64,000 bases of DNA, taken from the human T2T-CHM13v2.0 reference genome, Homo sapiens. The first letter of the stretch is position 1. The number at the start of each line of letters is the position of its first letter. Below the pieces are notes generated by a model. That model made no database searches. It worked only from the letters and a program-made list of their open reading frames with translations, and was not told where the DNA came from. The DNA lies in assembly GCF_009914755.1 (NCBI RefSeq), contig NC_060925.1, one strand, 5' to 3'. A program made the position numbers and the translations under genes. This document shows positions 39,178-52,142 of this stretch, piece by piece.

Positions 39178-40549
39178 TGGTGAGTTGAGTTGCTGGGTTG
39201 GGAAGGAGGGTGCTCTGATGTAAAAGAAAAGCTCCCATCTGGGATGGGGTTAGTGAGGGTGGTGGGGGTGGTGAGGGTGGGACTCTGAATAGAGGGCTTT
39301 CTCCAGTTTTCCACCCCCAGACACACCCTGCCTGTTTATCCATGAAATAAAGGCAGCAGGACAAGGAGCTTCAGCTAAACAAACAAGGCTCAGAGATGTG
39401 GTCTGACTTCACCTCCCCAATCCTTGTGCACCCTAGTTCTTCCCACCTGCATCAGCTCCACCCAGTTCCTCTTCTGGTGGCCCTGGCTGGGAGCTCAGGG
39501 ATTTCCATGCGAGGAGGGAAGTGCAGTTTTTACCCATGGAGAGGTCTGATCTAATAGGATATCTCAGTCCTTCTTTCTAAGGGGCTTCCAGTCTGATAGG
39601 GTGAACAGAATTCATGCCCACATACCTCCACACACAGAAACAGTGCCCTCCTAGATGGAGCTGGAGATCAGAATGAGGGCTAGAAGAGATGCTGGTGAGT
39701 CAGGGGAGACCAGGCTTAGCAGGATTGAGTGGCCAAGTCCTCTAATGCACAGCCACTGCCGTTTTCATGTGCAGGATTCATTCCATTTCCCTCCTGCCTC
39801 AGAATCTGTCTTCCGTCCCTCTTCAATCCCTTGTCCAGGACCCGCAGGTGGGATGCCCACCCCTCGGAAGCTGTAGAAAATGAGCCTTGAAGCTGCGTGT
39901 GTATGTGACAAGGACAGACAACTGGGAGCTGTGGAGGAGCTCCCAGCCTGTCTGGGGAGACCAGCTACATGAATGAGCAGTCTGAGATTAGGAGATGACA
40001 GTTTTAATCGAGCACAGGATCGTGTGGCCTCACTTTGTGACTGAACCTGCAGAGATCAGAGTCAAAAGGCCAAAGGGATTAGTCTGAGGAAGCCCTGTGA
40101 CACTTAAGTCCCAGTCCCAGCACTTGTCACTCAGGCTTGTAATTGTCCACTCTGTTGTCATTGTCCCCACTTACTTGGCTCTTTGAGGACAGGGAGCATC
40201 TGTGATTGGACTTTGCCGCTTCGTCACCTAGCATAGTGCCTGATGTATACTAGGTGCTCAATAAATGTTGAATAGACAAATGGCTGCATGACTAAATGAA
40301 TGGTTGAAAGTTGGAGGCTTCTTGCAGGAGGAGGTACTTGAACTGGGCTTCAGTAAATGGTTGAGTTGGGTGGTGATGCTCAAAGGTAACATTTGTTGGT
40401 TACTTACCATGTGCTAGGCACTGCCTAAGCACTTTACCAGGGAGGAAATTAAGACAAAGACAGGTGAAGTAATTATCCAAAATCGCAGAAGCCAGTAAGT
40501 GGCAGAGCTGGAAATCAAACACAAGTCAGTCTGACAACAGAGGCTGTAC

Positions 40550-40746
40550 CATTGCTGCCCAATAGAATGCCCTGCGATGATGGATGTGTTCTAGAACTGT
40601 GCTGTCCAATACAGGAGCCACTATCTTTATGTGGCTATTGAGCCTTGAAATGTGGCTAGTGCAGCTAAGGAACTGCATTTTAAATTTAATTTTAATGAAC
40701 TTAAATATAGTCACAAGCGGCTAGTGGCCACTGCGCTGGACAGTGT
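40550..40746. mobile_element. MER3 DNA transposon
   Basis: gctgcccaatagaa...ctgcgatgatgga...gctgtccaata...gaaatgtggctagtg...ggacagtg. Confidence 0.8.
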
Positions 40747-42386
40747 AGGTCTTGCGTTGTCTCTCAGAGAGGTAGTAGAGAGCAGAGGGGGCCCAGAAGC
40801 AGTCCCCCATATTTTCATTCCTCTCCAGAGGCTCTGCTCTGTCATACTCCTGGGCTGTTCTCAGGTCACACTGTGGCTCCGGCTGGGCCTGGGAGGCCTG
40901 GGTCCCTTTAACTTCTCTGCCTGTGGGTGGCATGGCTTGGCAAGGAGGAAGGAGCCATTGAAGGAGAAGCACACACACACATTATGCAATCCCGGTGCCA
41001 CGCTTTGCTCTTGAGAAGCTTCTCCTGGCTCTGGGCACAGGCAGGGGAACACCTCCCCAGGCTCTCTGAGAGCCACAACTAATTGCATGGGGGCAGGAGT
41101 GACCTTTTGCACCTGACCTGATGTAACACTTCTGACTGGGATTCAGGAACTTGTGTGGGCCACTCCAGCTTCGCAGCTGTGCCGGGGAGAGCCAGAGATG
41201 TCCCCTCAGCCTGCGATGGGCCTAAGTCCCTCCCAGGAGGATTCCCCTGCAGTGCTGAGGGTGGGGACCGGCCCCAGAACTGTCTCCATCTCCTCACTCT
41301 GCCCAGGGGCCCACACCCTTGGCATGCTGTTGCTGTCAGATTAACCCCTTTCAGTAAGAAGAGGTCAGAGCAATACGATTTAACCTGAAGTTGGTTCCTG
41401 TGGTGGTGCCAAACCATGATTTCCCAAATCTAGCATTTTTGAGAGAGAGGAACCTCTCCTGGGTCTCGTCCCTCCCTGACCTTTCTCTGCCATCAGGGTT
41501 TTAGGAGCCCCACACCACATCGATGAAACACCACGATGCAGTGGACAGTCTCTGACTTCTGACTTCCATGGTCTTTTAACTCAGGGCAAACAAAACAAAA
41601 CAAAAAACAAAAAAACCCCACCTTTTTGTTTCTCTCCCCTGACTTTTAGGAATGTCTTCCCCTGCCTTTATCCCTCCCAGCCCCACCTGAATGAATTGGG
41701 TCACCTTCGGGCGACACTGTGGGTGCCCAGCATCTCCCTGGCTCAGTCTGACCTGCACAAGGTTTGCCTTTGCTTAGCAACTGCCAGGGACTCTCTCTCC
41801 CCTCACAAATAACCCCCCACTCCAGGCACCCCTCCAGCTTCTCTTTTACTATCTTCCCCCACATCCTGTCCTCTCCATCACAAGCCCTCCTGCCACTCCA
41901 GGCAGTCTGGGAGACATTCCTTTTACCAACAAGGGAGCCAAGAAAGGGCAAAATAAAGCAATAGCCCTTTTATTTAAAAATACAGCATTGTTCTCACGCA
42001 GGACTCTGTGCAAAGCCAGAGAGAACAGGTTGTGCTCTTATGTGTGTGTGAAGATAGACACACTTTTTCCTGATGGAAGTACACTCCCTTGTTTGGATAT
42101 TTGTGAAAATTGCAAAAAATCTGAGACAACTTTGTGTCATCTTGTGTGTTTGGAATCTCAAAGATGATAGCTAGTATTCAAGTCATCTCTGATAAGAAGG
42201 TGCCATCTAAAGTGGGGAGGCTGTGCTAGAAACTAAGATCAATCTGGTGGGTGGAAAGAGCATCCCCCAGGATTTTAGGAGACCTACTTGTAACACCCAC
42301 TCTGCCATGAACTTGCCATGTGTCCTTAGGTAACTTTGTTCCTCTGAGTCTGTTCCTGCACTAGCAAATTGAAGGAGTGTAGGTAG

Positions 42387-42795
<409 letters not shown>

Positions 42796-44004
42796 CCCAC
42801 AAGTAACATGAGGTGCTCTCTGGTGCTTTCCTCTCTGAACTCAGTTCTGTGGGTTGCTCACGTCTCATCCATGCCCCAACTCATTCTGCCCGGGAAGCCT
42901 TCTCTGCTGACCCTCTCTCCTGAGTGTCTGTTGTACTCTCCAGTCTGGGCACATGGTCTAGAACCTAATTGGGAGAGCTGCAGAGCAGTTTGTAAACTAC
43001 AAAGCGGAGTACATATATGGAGGTTTGCCGTCCCTTTGTGAGTAAAAAGTCCTTCCCCAGCAACATTGTCAACTCCTTGATGGCCCAGACCTTGTCCTGG
43101 GCTTTGTCTCCATCTCACACAGCACTGAGCTCAGCGCACAGAAGCCCATGGGAAAACAACTTCATGACCTTCAGGGCTGGCCGGGAACTTAGCATTCGTC
43201 TAATGGAACCAGGTCCTCTGATTCCAGATTCTGTGTTCTTTCCTCTCTACCCCATCACCTGCTTCTCTTGTTGACAGAAGAATTCAGCAAGTGTTCTCTG
43301 AGCACCAAATGGTCTCCGTGGCGGCCAGCCTGTTTCCTGGCTTTTTTCAGTGGGAGAGAACCCCACCTTTGGACTCTCAACAGTGGCCTGTCCTGCTCCT
43401 TGCCAAACCACGAGCTGTCTCCTGCCATGGCAGGATATGTGCCCGGCTCAGCCTGGCCCTCATGGGGAGGGGTTGCTGCTGAAGGTTGTCTGGGCAGCCC
43501 GTTAAGCCCTAGTCAGAGACTGAGAGGAGAAGGCTCTGGAGAAAGCTGCTGGTCCACTGCAGGAGCCAAAGGATTATTTGGAGGAGGACCTCACTTTAAC
43601 TTCTCTAGAGGATGCCTAATTAAGAGAACAGTGAGCGCTGTGAGCAACAGCCTTCATTGATTGGGTGCCGGCTTGGAACTAAGCATGGGGTAGCTTCTTT
43701 ATAGAGGTTAGGCCATTGTAGCAGCTGGGGGAGACATTGACACTAGGCAGTAGAAGAACTTCCCTAGAGTAAAGGCTCAGCCACAGGAACATCACCTGTG
43801 TATGAGAGTAATGCACTCATTTGGATATTTATTGAGCACCCCATTTGCCAGGCACCCTGATAGGACTGGAGGATACACAGATGACTAAGGTTAAGTCCTT
43901 GCCTTGAAGAAACACATAGTCATCTGTGTCATTCTATACTAATAATTGTAATTCAGTTAGATGAGTAGAATATTAATAATAAGGCATAGTTATTGAGCAC
44001 TGGG

Positions 44005-44662
<658 letters not shown>

Positions 44663-44959
44663 CACACTACAATTCTTGTGAGGTAGCTAGTGTCATTATT
44701 TCAATATCACAGGTGAGAAAATGGAGGCTTAGAGATGGGAAGTGACATGACCAGGGTCACACAGCTAGTGAGTGTTGTCCTGGGGGGATAACAACGGCAG
44801 GTGCTGTGCTACATGCATGGTAAGTGCTCAGTAAGCACTGTTGAGTGATCATATGCAAAATACTGTGGGGACAGGGGGTTCTGGGAGCACCTCACAAAGG
44901 AGGGGACTGTGGGGCATAGCCAACCCCAGGGGCTCGGCTCCTGGCCACTGTAGCTGGCC

Positions 44960-45160
44960 TTTTCCTGAAAGCAGATCTTAAATGCTCCTATCAGACACAC
45001 ACACACACACAAACACATACACTCACACACATTCACACACACACACACTATGTGAGGTGATGACTATCTTAATTAGTTTGATTGTGCTGATTATCTCACA
45101 ATGTATACAGAGATTAGATCATCAAGTCATATGCCTTAAATCTATACATAAATAAAATAA
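44960..45160 (+). mobile_element. L1MA-type 3' end with (CA)n
   Basis: agatcttaaatg...ctatgtgaggtgatg...ttaattagtttgattgtg...acaatgtatac...catcaag...ccttaaat, then an A-rich tail. Confidence 0.75.
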
Positions 45161-46945
45161 CTGGCCTTTTCCTGGCTGCAGAGATGGGCAACCTGAGTCC
45201 ACAGTGGGGCAGTGGAAAAGGGGTTTCTGCCCCTCCAGTCTTTTCTCCAGCGGGGCAGGTGGGCACAGTTCCCCCAGGTCCACCCCAGGGGACCCAGGGG
45301 CTTGTTTTTCACTGTTTCTTCTTCCCATAGGAAAAATTCAAACAGACCCAATCCCCTCGGGCCCTGGGATATGAGCCAGATTGCCTTGGCGGAGGGTCTT
45401 CTATGACCCCAGCCCCTTTCAGCTGCTCTCTGACCCCTCCATCCCCCAGCATCCTCCCTCTTATCAAACCTGTTCCCTGTCTCCATGGTGACACCACCTT
45501 ACCCAGTTTCCTTGGGTGGTCTGGTTGCCTCACAGGGTGAAACTCTGAGAACATTTTCCTCATATGCAGCCAGAAACTTCCACGTCCCATGCCCACAACT
45601 GCCCCTCTCTTCTCTCCTCTCCATTCCCCTCCTGCAAGTCTCTCCCTGAGACATTTCCCATTCCCATCCCATCATGGCTGTGTCCAGTTGAGAGGACTCA
45701 TAGCCCTTCTGGGTATCCCAAGGGCTCCCAGGAAGAAGGCTTCAGGATGGAGTTACAACCCATCATCTCAATCCCCTTGCTGTACATGCATAGGTACAGA
45801 TAAACACATGTGCCCTCACACATGACACACACATGCCCAGCACCCTCAAAACAAGTACATCCAAGAGCCCAGCTATCCCATCCCATGACCCCCACTTCTT
45901 GTACATATCTACAAGTTCATGCAGCCAAGTGGATGTAGCCACAACCAAACCCCAAGCACCCAAGGATCAAGGTGTCCTCTTATTTCCCCTGGGTCCAGGC
46001 AGGGCCTGAATGTTTGAGCTGTGCCCTCTGAGTTGCACAAAAAACCAGCTGCACAACCAACCTCCCAGGACAGTCATATGTCAGTAGGAACCACCAACAT
46101 GACAGAGCAACCTCTGTGTTTGGAGTTTCTGTGTGTCAGTTCCTTCCCTGTCATTGTGCAGGCACAGCCTCCCCACAGCAGGGCCCAGTGCCTCTTGCCA
46201 GGGCTCTTAGCCATTCCCAGGGCTGGTGGCATTGGCTTGGTGGCTCTCGGCCTTGAAATCCCCACTTCACCTCCCTCTTCCAGCTCTGCACGCTCCTCTT
46301 CCTTCCCCTTCCCCTGGCACCAGCCTTACCCCTTTTCCTTTTGTGAGAGAGCCAGCCCTGAATGGGGCTCCCTCCACCCCTGAACAGTTGAAATTCACCC
46401 TCCTTGCCCCACCCCACCCCCTTTACTGAGCACTGCAGCTGGGCTTTGTGTTGTTTTGGGGCAGGATGTGGGGGCGGGTGGAGGGGTTCAGGCCCCCTCC
46501 TCCGCAGGGGAGAACAATGAGGCCGCTAGTCAGGGTGGTGGGGCAGAGGGAGTGGGTGGGGTGGGGGCCATGGAGGGACATCAGAGGCTCTGCGGCCCGG
46601 CCCCTGGGGGGACAGCTGAGTGATGAGGCCTGAGTCACACGCCCTGAGTGCTCCTTGAACTCCCGCTGCGTTCCTGTCGAGACACATCCAGAAATGCACA
46701 GGGTAAATATTTAGAGGTAATCATTTTTTTTCGGCACCTCGAGCCTCCTGCCTCACTGAGAATGAGCCAGGGGTGGGACACCAGGGGGAGGAGTCCGATC
46801 TGGCCCAGCTTCTGCGCTTGGGTTTCTGTGGGTGCCACCCTACGTTCCCCTGACACTGTCCAGTGTGCTCCTGCACCTTCACATTTCAGCCACAATCCAA
46901 GACTAGTGGGGCCTGAAAACATCCTGAGGACCAAACCCTGGCTTA

Positions 46946-47245
<300 letters not shown>

Positions 47246-47936
47246 ATCCATCAACAAACTCTCTGGGTTCTGCCTCTCTCCCACCTGAAACTATGGCCAC
47301 AGCACACCACCTACAGCTTCTGCGGATCCCATTTCTAGACCGGCAAGCCCAGAGGTGTTCTGCAGGGGAGCAGGGAGGGAATGGTAGATGAGAAGCAGCG
47401 CTGGGTGCAGCATGCCAGTTCCTTGGTTCTATCCTGCACGGAATGTCTTCCTTCCTTGGAGGACATGGAGTCCAGAGCCCAGGCTTTATCAAAGATAAAA
47501 CATTTGAGACTAAACAGTCTTTTTATAGATTGGAACAGGACTCCCAAGCACACGCTCTCCAGGCTGTTCCCAGCCTGCCTTTCTGGGCACACAGAAAGCA
47601 CACGCATTTCTTGGGGGGAAATGCAGACACTGGGGTTTGAGGGCAACAGTGCATGTCTAGGGAAAGGAGAAAGCCTCAAGAAGGCTTGGGGGCAGTGCCC
47701 AGCTTGTGGTGGTCTGGTCTGAGCCCACCTCTGTACCCCCTCAGGGAAGGGGCAGGCAGAGACGAGAATCAGGCATTAGGAGTTTGAAGTAGGATGGAAT
47801 GCAAATGTGTCAGGCACACACACACAGTCTCACACACTGTTGCTCATCCAGGCACAAACTGTGAAGAAGATGCCAACACAGGGTAGGACCCACAGAGGAA
47901 GGTACCAACTCCTCTCTACTACTTTCCTCCTTCCAT

Positions 47937-48056
47937 CTTTCCCTCAGTGTCCTGTGGGCAAGTGTCCCAGCCCCACAGGCCTGTGGAAAAGGCACCAGCC
48001 CCTCTCCCACCGGCCTGTGGGGCTGGGACACTTGCCCACAGGACCCCGAGGGAAAG
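47937..48056. repeat. Long inverted repeat (perfect 32-bp arms 47950-47981 / 48012-48043)
   Basis: TCCTGTGGGCAAGTGTCCCAGCCCCACAGGCC and its exact reverse complement. Confidence 0.97.
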
Positions 48057-48623
48057 GCAAGAGGAGAAAAGCAAATATGTACCTTGTCCATACTATTTAT
48101 TAGGCAGTCTGTAAGCATTAGCTCACTTAATCTTTACAAGCACCCTACCAGCTTGGTGCTGCCCTATTTTTATAGATGAGGTCAACTAGGGGCCCAGAGG
48201 TCAAGGGCCCAACGTCTGATAGGTAACTGCAGAGGAGAGATGTGACCTCAGGGCCTTTTGACTTCGAAGCTCAGTGCTCCTTTCTCTCTGTTTTCTTGAG
48301 TGTAAAATGGAGATAATGATGGAAGCTAATTTGGGGTTATTGTGAGAATGGAAGGAGGTTGTTTGGGTAAAGATTAGCCGGTGTCTGACACAGAGTGGAC
48401 CTGCAGTAAATGCCAGGGTAATTATTGTGATTATTTTGTGTGCAGGGCCTCTAAGAGGACAGTGACACTGAAACCACCCACAGGGTCTGTCAGATAATAT
48501 GAGCTTAAGATGATTGAGGCTGTGGATCCGCAGAGGGACTGGGATCCTTACCCCACCTGGGAATCTAGTGGTGTGCCAGTTCTGTGATGTGCCAAGGTGT
48601 CATGTCTTCCAGGTGGACTAAGA

Positions 48624-48954
48624 CAGTGGTCCCTAACCTATTTGGCACCAGGGACCAGTTTCATGGAAGATAATTTTTTTCCACGGACAGGGGTGGAGTG
48701 TGGGGGATGGTTTCGGGATGAAACTGTTCCACCTCAGATCATCAGGCATTAGTTAGAGTCTCATAAGGAGCATGCAACCTAGACCCCTCGCATGCGCAGT
48801 TCACAGTAGGGTTCACACTCCTATGAGAATCTTTTGCTGCCTCGGCTGATCTGACAGGAGGTGGAGCTCAGGCGGGAGTGCTCACCAGCCTGCTCACCTC
48901 CCTCTCTATGTTCCGCCTGGTTTTGGTCTGCTGCCCCCGGGTTGGGGACCCCTG
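48624..48954. mobile_element. MER1B hAT-Charlie element
   Basis: TIRs cagtggtccctaacc / ggttggggacccctg; 8-bp TSD GACTAAG(A/G). Confidence 0.88.
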
Positions 48955-49560
48955 GACTAAGGGAAGCAAACAGGTAGAGCCTGGTAGACACCTCAAAGGG
49001 CAGTGAAATGCCACTAGCTCTGGGATTGAATCAGAGGATGGTCCCCCAAGGGGAGCCCAGGGACAGTCGTACCAGTTCATGAATACTGAATGAGCCTGCT
49101 CCATAGATTGAAATAGCAGTGATCTCTGGGCCTCAGTTTCCCCACTAGTAAAAAGAGTGGGTGAGATATTATTTGTATTTGGCGATCCTTCCCTTCCTGC
49201 TCTGAAATTCTATGAATTTTACTCTAGTTCCTCGCTTTATAGGGAGGCCAGTTTCCTTCATAATCCCAATCACAGCCAGTCCCAGGGGAGTCTCACAAAG
49301 GACAGGTGAAAGGCAGAGGGGAAAGTGGGAGACCATATAGAGAGAATCACCAAATGACCCGGGAGGCCTGACTCCCAGCTCAGTTCTTGCTCTTAGAGAG
49401 AACGCAGCTGCTGTTGTCAGACTGGCTTTGGAGTCAGAATGGCCTGGTGGGGGGTACTGTGGGAGCCTCGGAGGTCCCTCGAGGGGGGTTGGCACCTGGA
49501 CAGTGCCAGATGGCCCAAGTGGGGAGTTCACAGCTCCTTTTTCCATCTTCTCTCCACCAG

Positions 49561-49632
49561 GGACCTCAGCATGAACAACCTCACAGAGCTTCAGCCTGGC
49601 CTCTTCCACCACCTGCGCTTCTTGGAGGAGCT
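49561..49632 (+). CDS. LGR6: LGR6 exon 2 (one LRR, 72 nt)
   Basis: ccaccag|G...CT|gtgagt; [24 protein letters not shown]. Confidence 0.98.
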
Positions 49633-50479
49633 GTGAGTAGATGCTTTGCAGGGTGGGAGGCAAGCATGGGCTCTGTCTAATATCTCTGGAACCAGAGCTC
49701 CCCAGGAGGTGGGGTGGAGAGAAGAGAAAGGGGCTTGGGAAGCTAAGACAGTTCTTGACAGCAGGGTGTTCTTCAGCTGACACCTGCCCCAGGTGTGAAT
49801 TGACATGCTGGGCCACATGGCATGGGAAGTCTAGGATCTAGCTTTCATTCTTTGAAACCAGCTCCTCTTTGCAGCATTCCCTCCTAACTTCTCCCTGGGA
49901 GTCATCTTTGACCTGCTGTCATCCCCTGTGTCCAGCCACCAGCCCCTCCCCAAGTCCTGGTGGTTCTTCTCTGGGATGTCTCTCACCTCCACCCCGCTTC
50001 TCTAGTCCCACTGCTACTGCCCCAGATGTCCCCTCACATCTAGGGGTTGAACCAGCCTCCTAACTGACAGATGCCCTCCTTCCATTCTAAATTACTCTGC
50101 ACACCTTCAGGATGCATCTCACCAGCTCAAAAGCCTTCTGTAATTCCCCATGGCCTAAAGGATCCATTTCTTAGACCCTCCCTTACAGTTAAGGCCCATT
50201 TCCTCCACAAAGTACTCCCTGGTGAATCCCTGCCCACAGTGGTCACTCTCAGGTTGGGATTCTTCAATCTGGCCTTATATGCTAGGGGTGCTCAAAAGTA
50301 AATCATCTCCTGGATTAGAGTGACTGGACTGCCTGCTCTGGGAAGCCAGGTCATTCTGTCCCAATCCTTGCTTTCATCCTAGCTCTGTATTTCCAACACC
50401 TCCCAGCCCTGTTTTTTCTAATTTTCACACCACATAGATCCTTGCGGCTCTAGAAATTTTGCTTAAACTTCTCAAACTG

Positions 50480-50545
50480 AGTGTTACAGCTCTTTTAGAA
50501 TTTGTCTAGCTCTTTTAGAATTTAAATAAAAAATAATAAACAAAG
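50480..50545 (+). pseudogene. U7 snRNA retrocopy, 3'-truncated and rearranged
   Basis: AGTGTTACAGCTCTTTTAGAATTTGTCTAG matches the recalled U7 5' half including the Sm site. A-rich tail; TSD AAACTTC(T/G)CAAACTG at 50465-50479 and 50546-50560. Confidence 0.88.
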
Positions 50546-52070
50546 AAACTTCGCAAACTGTGAGTTCCTGGCCCCGAAAGCATTCACAATTTCACCTCTA
50601 CCCTGGCCCCACTACTCCCCTAACAGACCTTGCCACCGCGACCCTAGACAGTGCTCCCCAGGGATGCGGTCAACCTGCCCCTGTTGGAGTTTTGACCCCC
50701 AGGGCCATGGCTTGGTATCCAGACCAAGTACTTGTTGAACCCCCTCTGGTAGACAGGCAAGCTCAAGGTGCTCTGGGAGAAAACAAGATAAAAGCCTTCC
50801 TGCCACCCCCAGGGAATGTCCAGGTGAGGCTGGAGAGTAGTGTGGCCAGCAAGTCAGCAGGGGAGTGTGGCAGCTGTTGGCTCAGGCACCCAGGGCATTC
50901 TGTGTAAGGGAGTGGTCAGGGTTGGCCTGGCCAGTAGGCAGGAAAGCCTTCCTGGAGGAAGAAGATTAAACCAGTTTTCAAAGGAGACGGACAGGGTAAG
51001 AGGCAGTGGAGGGGCCTTTTGAAGGGGAGATGACCCAGCTTAGATGGGAATGCAAAGCAAGAGCAAAGGCCAAGGAGCTCAGGCAGGTGACATTGGACAC
51101 GACCTGAGAACTTCAGGCTGACTTTCCATCTCCCACGACCTGAGAGGTCTGGACCCATTTTAGAGGCTCCACCTAAAGGACCTTTCCACGGCAAATACCC
51201 ACCTACAGAACCCAAGCTAGGAGACCTCAGATGTCACGATGCCTTTCCACATAGTTTTTTTTTAAACAATAAATGTCAAATAAAGGGACTTTTATTAGAG
51301 ATATATGTTTTAAAAATAGTGTCTGAGGTATGCCAGCACAATCTCCACATCTACAAGCCTCTTGGTAGGAACTGATGCACAAAATAATGTCCCTGGGGAC
51401 TTTGGAGATCAGGCAGTGACTTCTGAATCATCCACCATTAAATTCTGCTCAGTCAGGTTTCAGCATTGAGTGTATTTCGTTGCATTTGCTCCTTTTAGAA
51501 TTGGTGATTGCCCCGATAAACATGGAAACGCTTAATTAGACCAGAATGTTAGATGAATTACACCACCCCATTTCCTTAACCCTCTTGGATTAGTGAGGGT
51601 TAGCTGTGTAGTTTAGGGCCTGGAGAGACACAGACACACCCCCTGGTACTCCTCCCTCTACTGATGACACCATATGATGCAGTCCAGCAGTTGAGAGCAG
51701 GCGATGGGTAATCCAGGTTAGCACAGGAGAGGATGTGGGGAAACTGTGGCCGTGAGCCTTCAAATTAGTCAGGTCTGGGTGAGAACACCAGGCTCTGCCA
51801 TGGACTGGTTCTGTGACCCCTAGGGGACGTGGTTGACTTCTCCTAGCCTCAGTTTCCTCATCTGAAATTTGGGGAAAATAATAGGCACTTTACAGGATTA
51901 TTGTGAGAACTGAGGCAATGCATGTGAAGTATTAAACACATCGTAGATTTCAATAAATAGTAGTTTTTACCACCGCCCTCCCTTCCCGTATCTCAAGACA
52001 CTTTCTTATGGAGGTCACCACCTCCTTGGGTTACCTGCCAACATCGCTGACCCTTGTCTCTGATTTCCAG

Positions 52071-52142
52071 GCGTCTCTCTGGGAACCATCTCTCACACAT
52101 CCCAGGACAAGCATTCTCTGGTCTCTACAGCCTGAAAATCCT
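52071..52142 (+). CDS. LGR6: LGR6 exon 3 (one LRR, 72 nt)
   Basis: tttccag|G...CT|gtaagt; [24 protein letters not shown]. Confidence 0.97.

Noticed and set aside
49169-49816. 215-aa minus-strand ORF overlapping exon 2
   Set aside because: No recognisable domain; consistent with a chance antisense ORF in GC-rich DNA.
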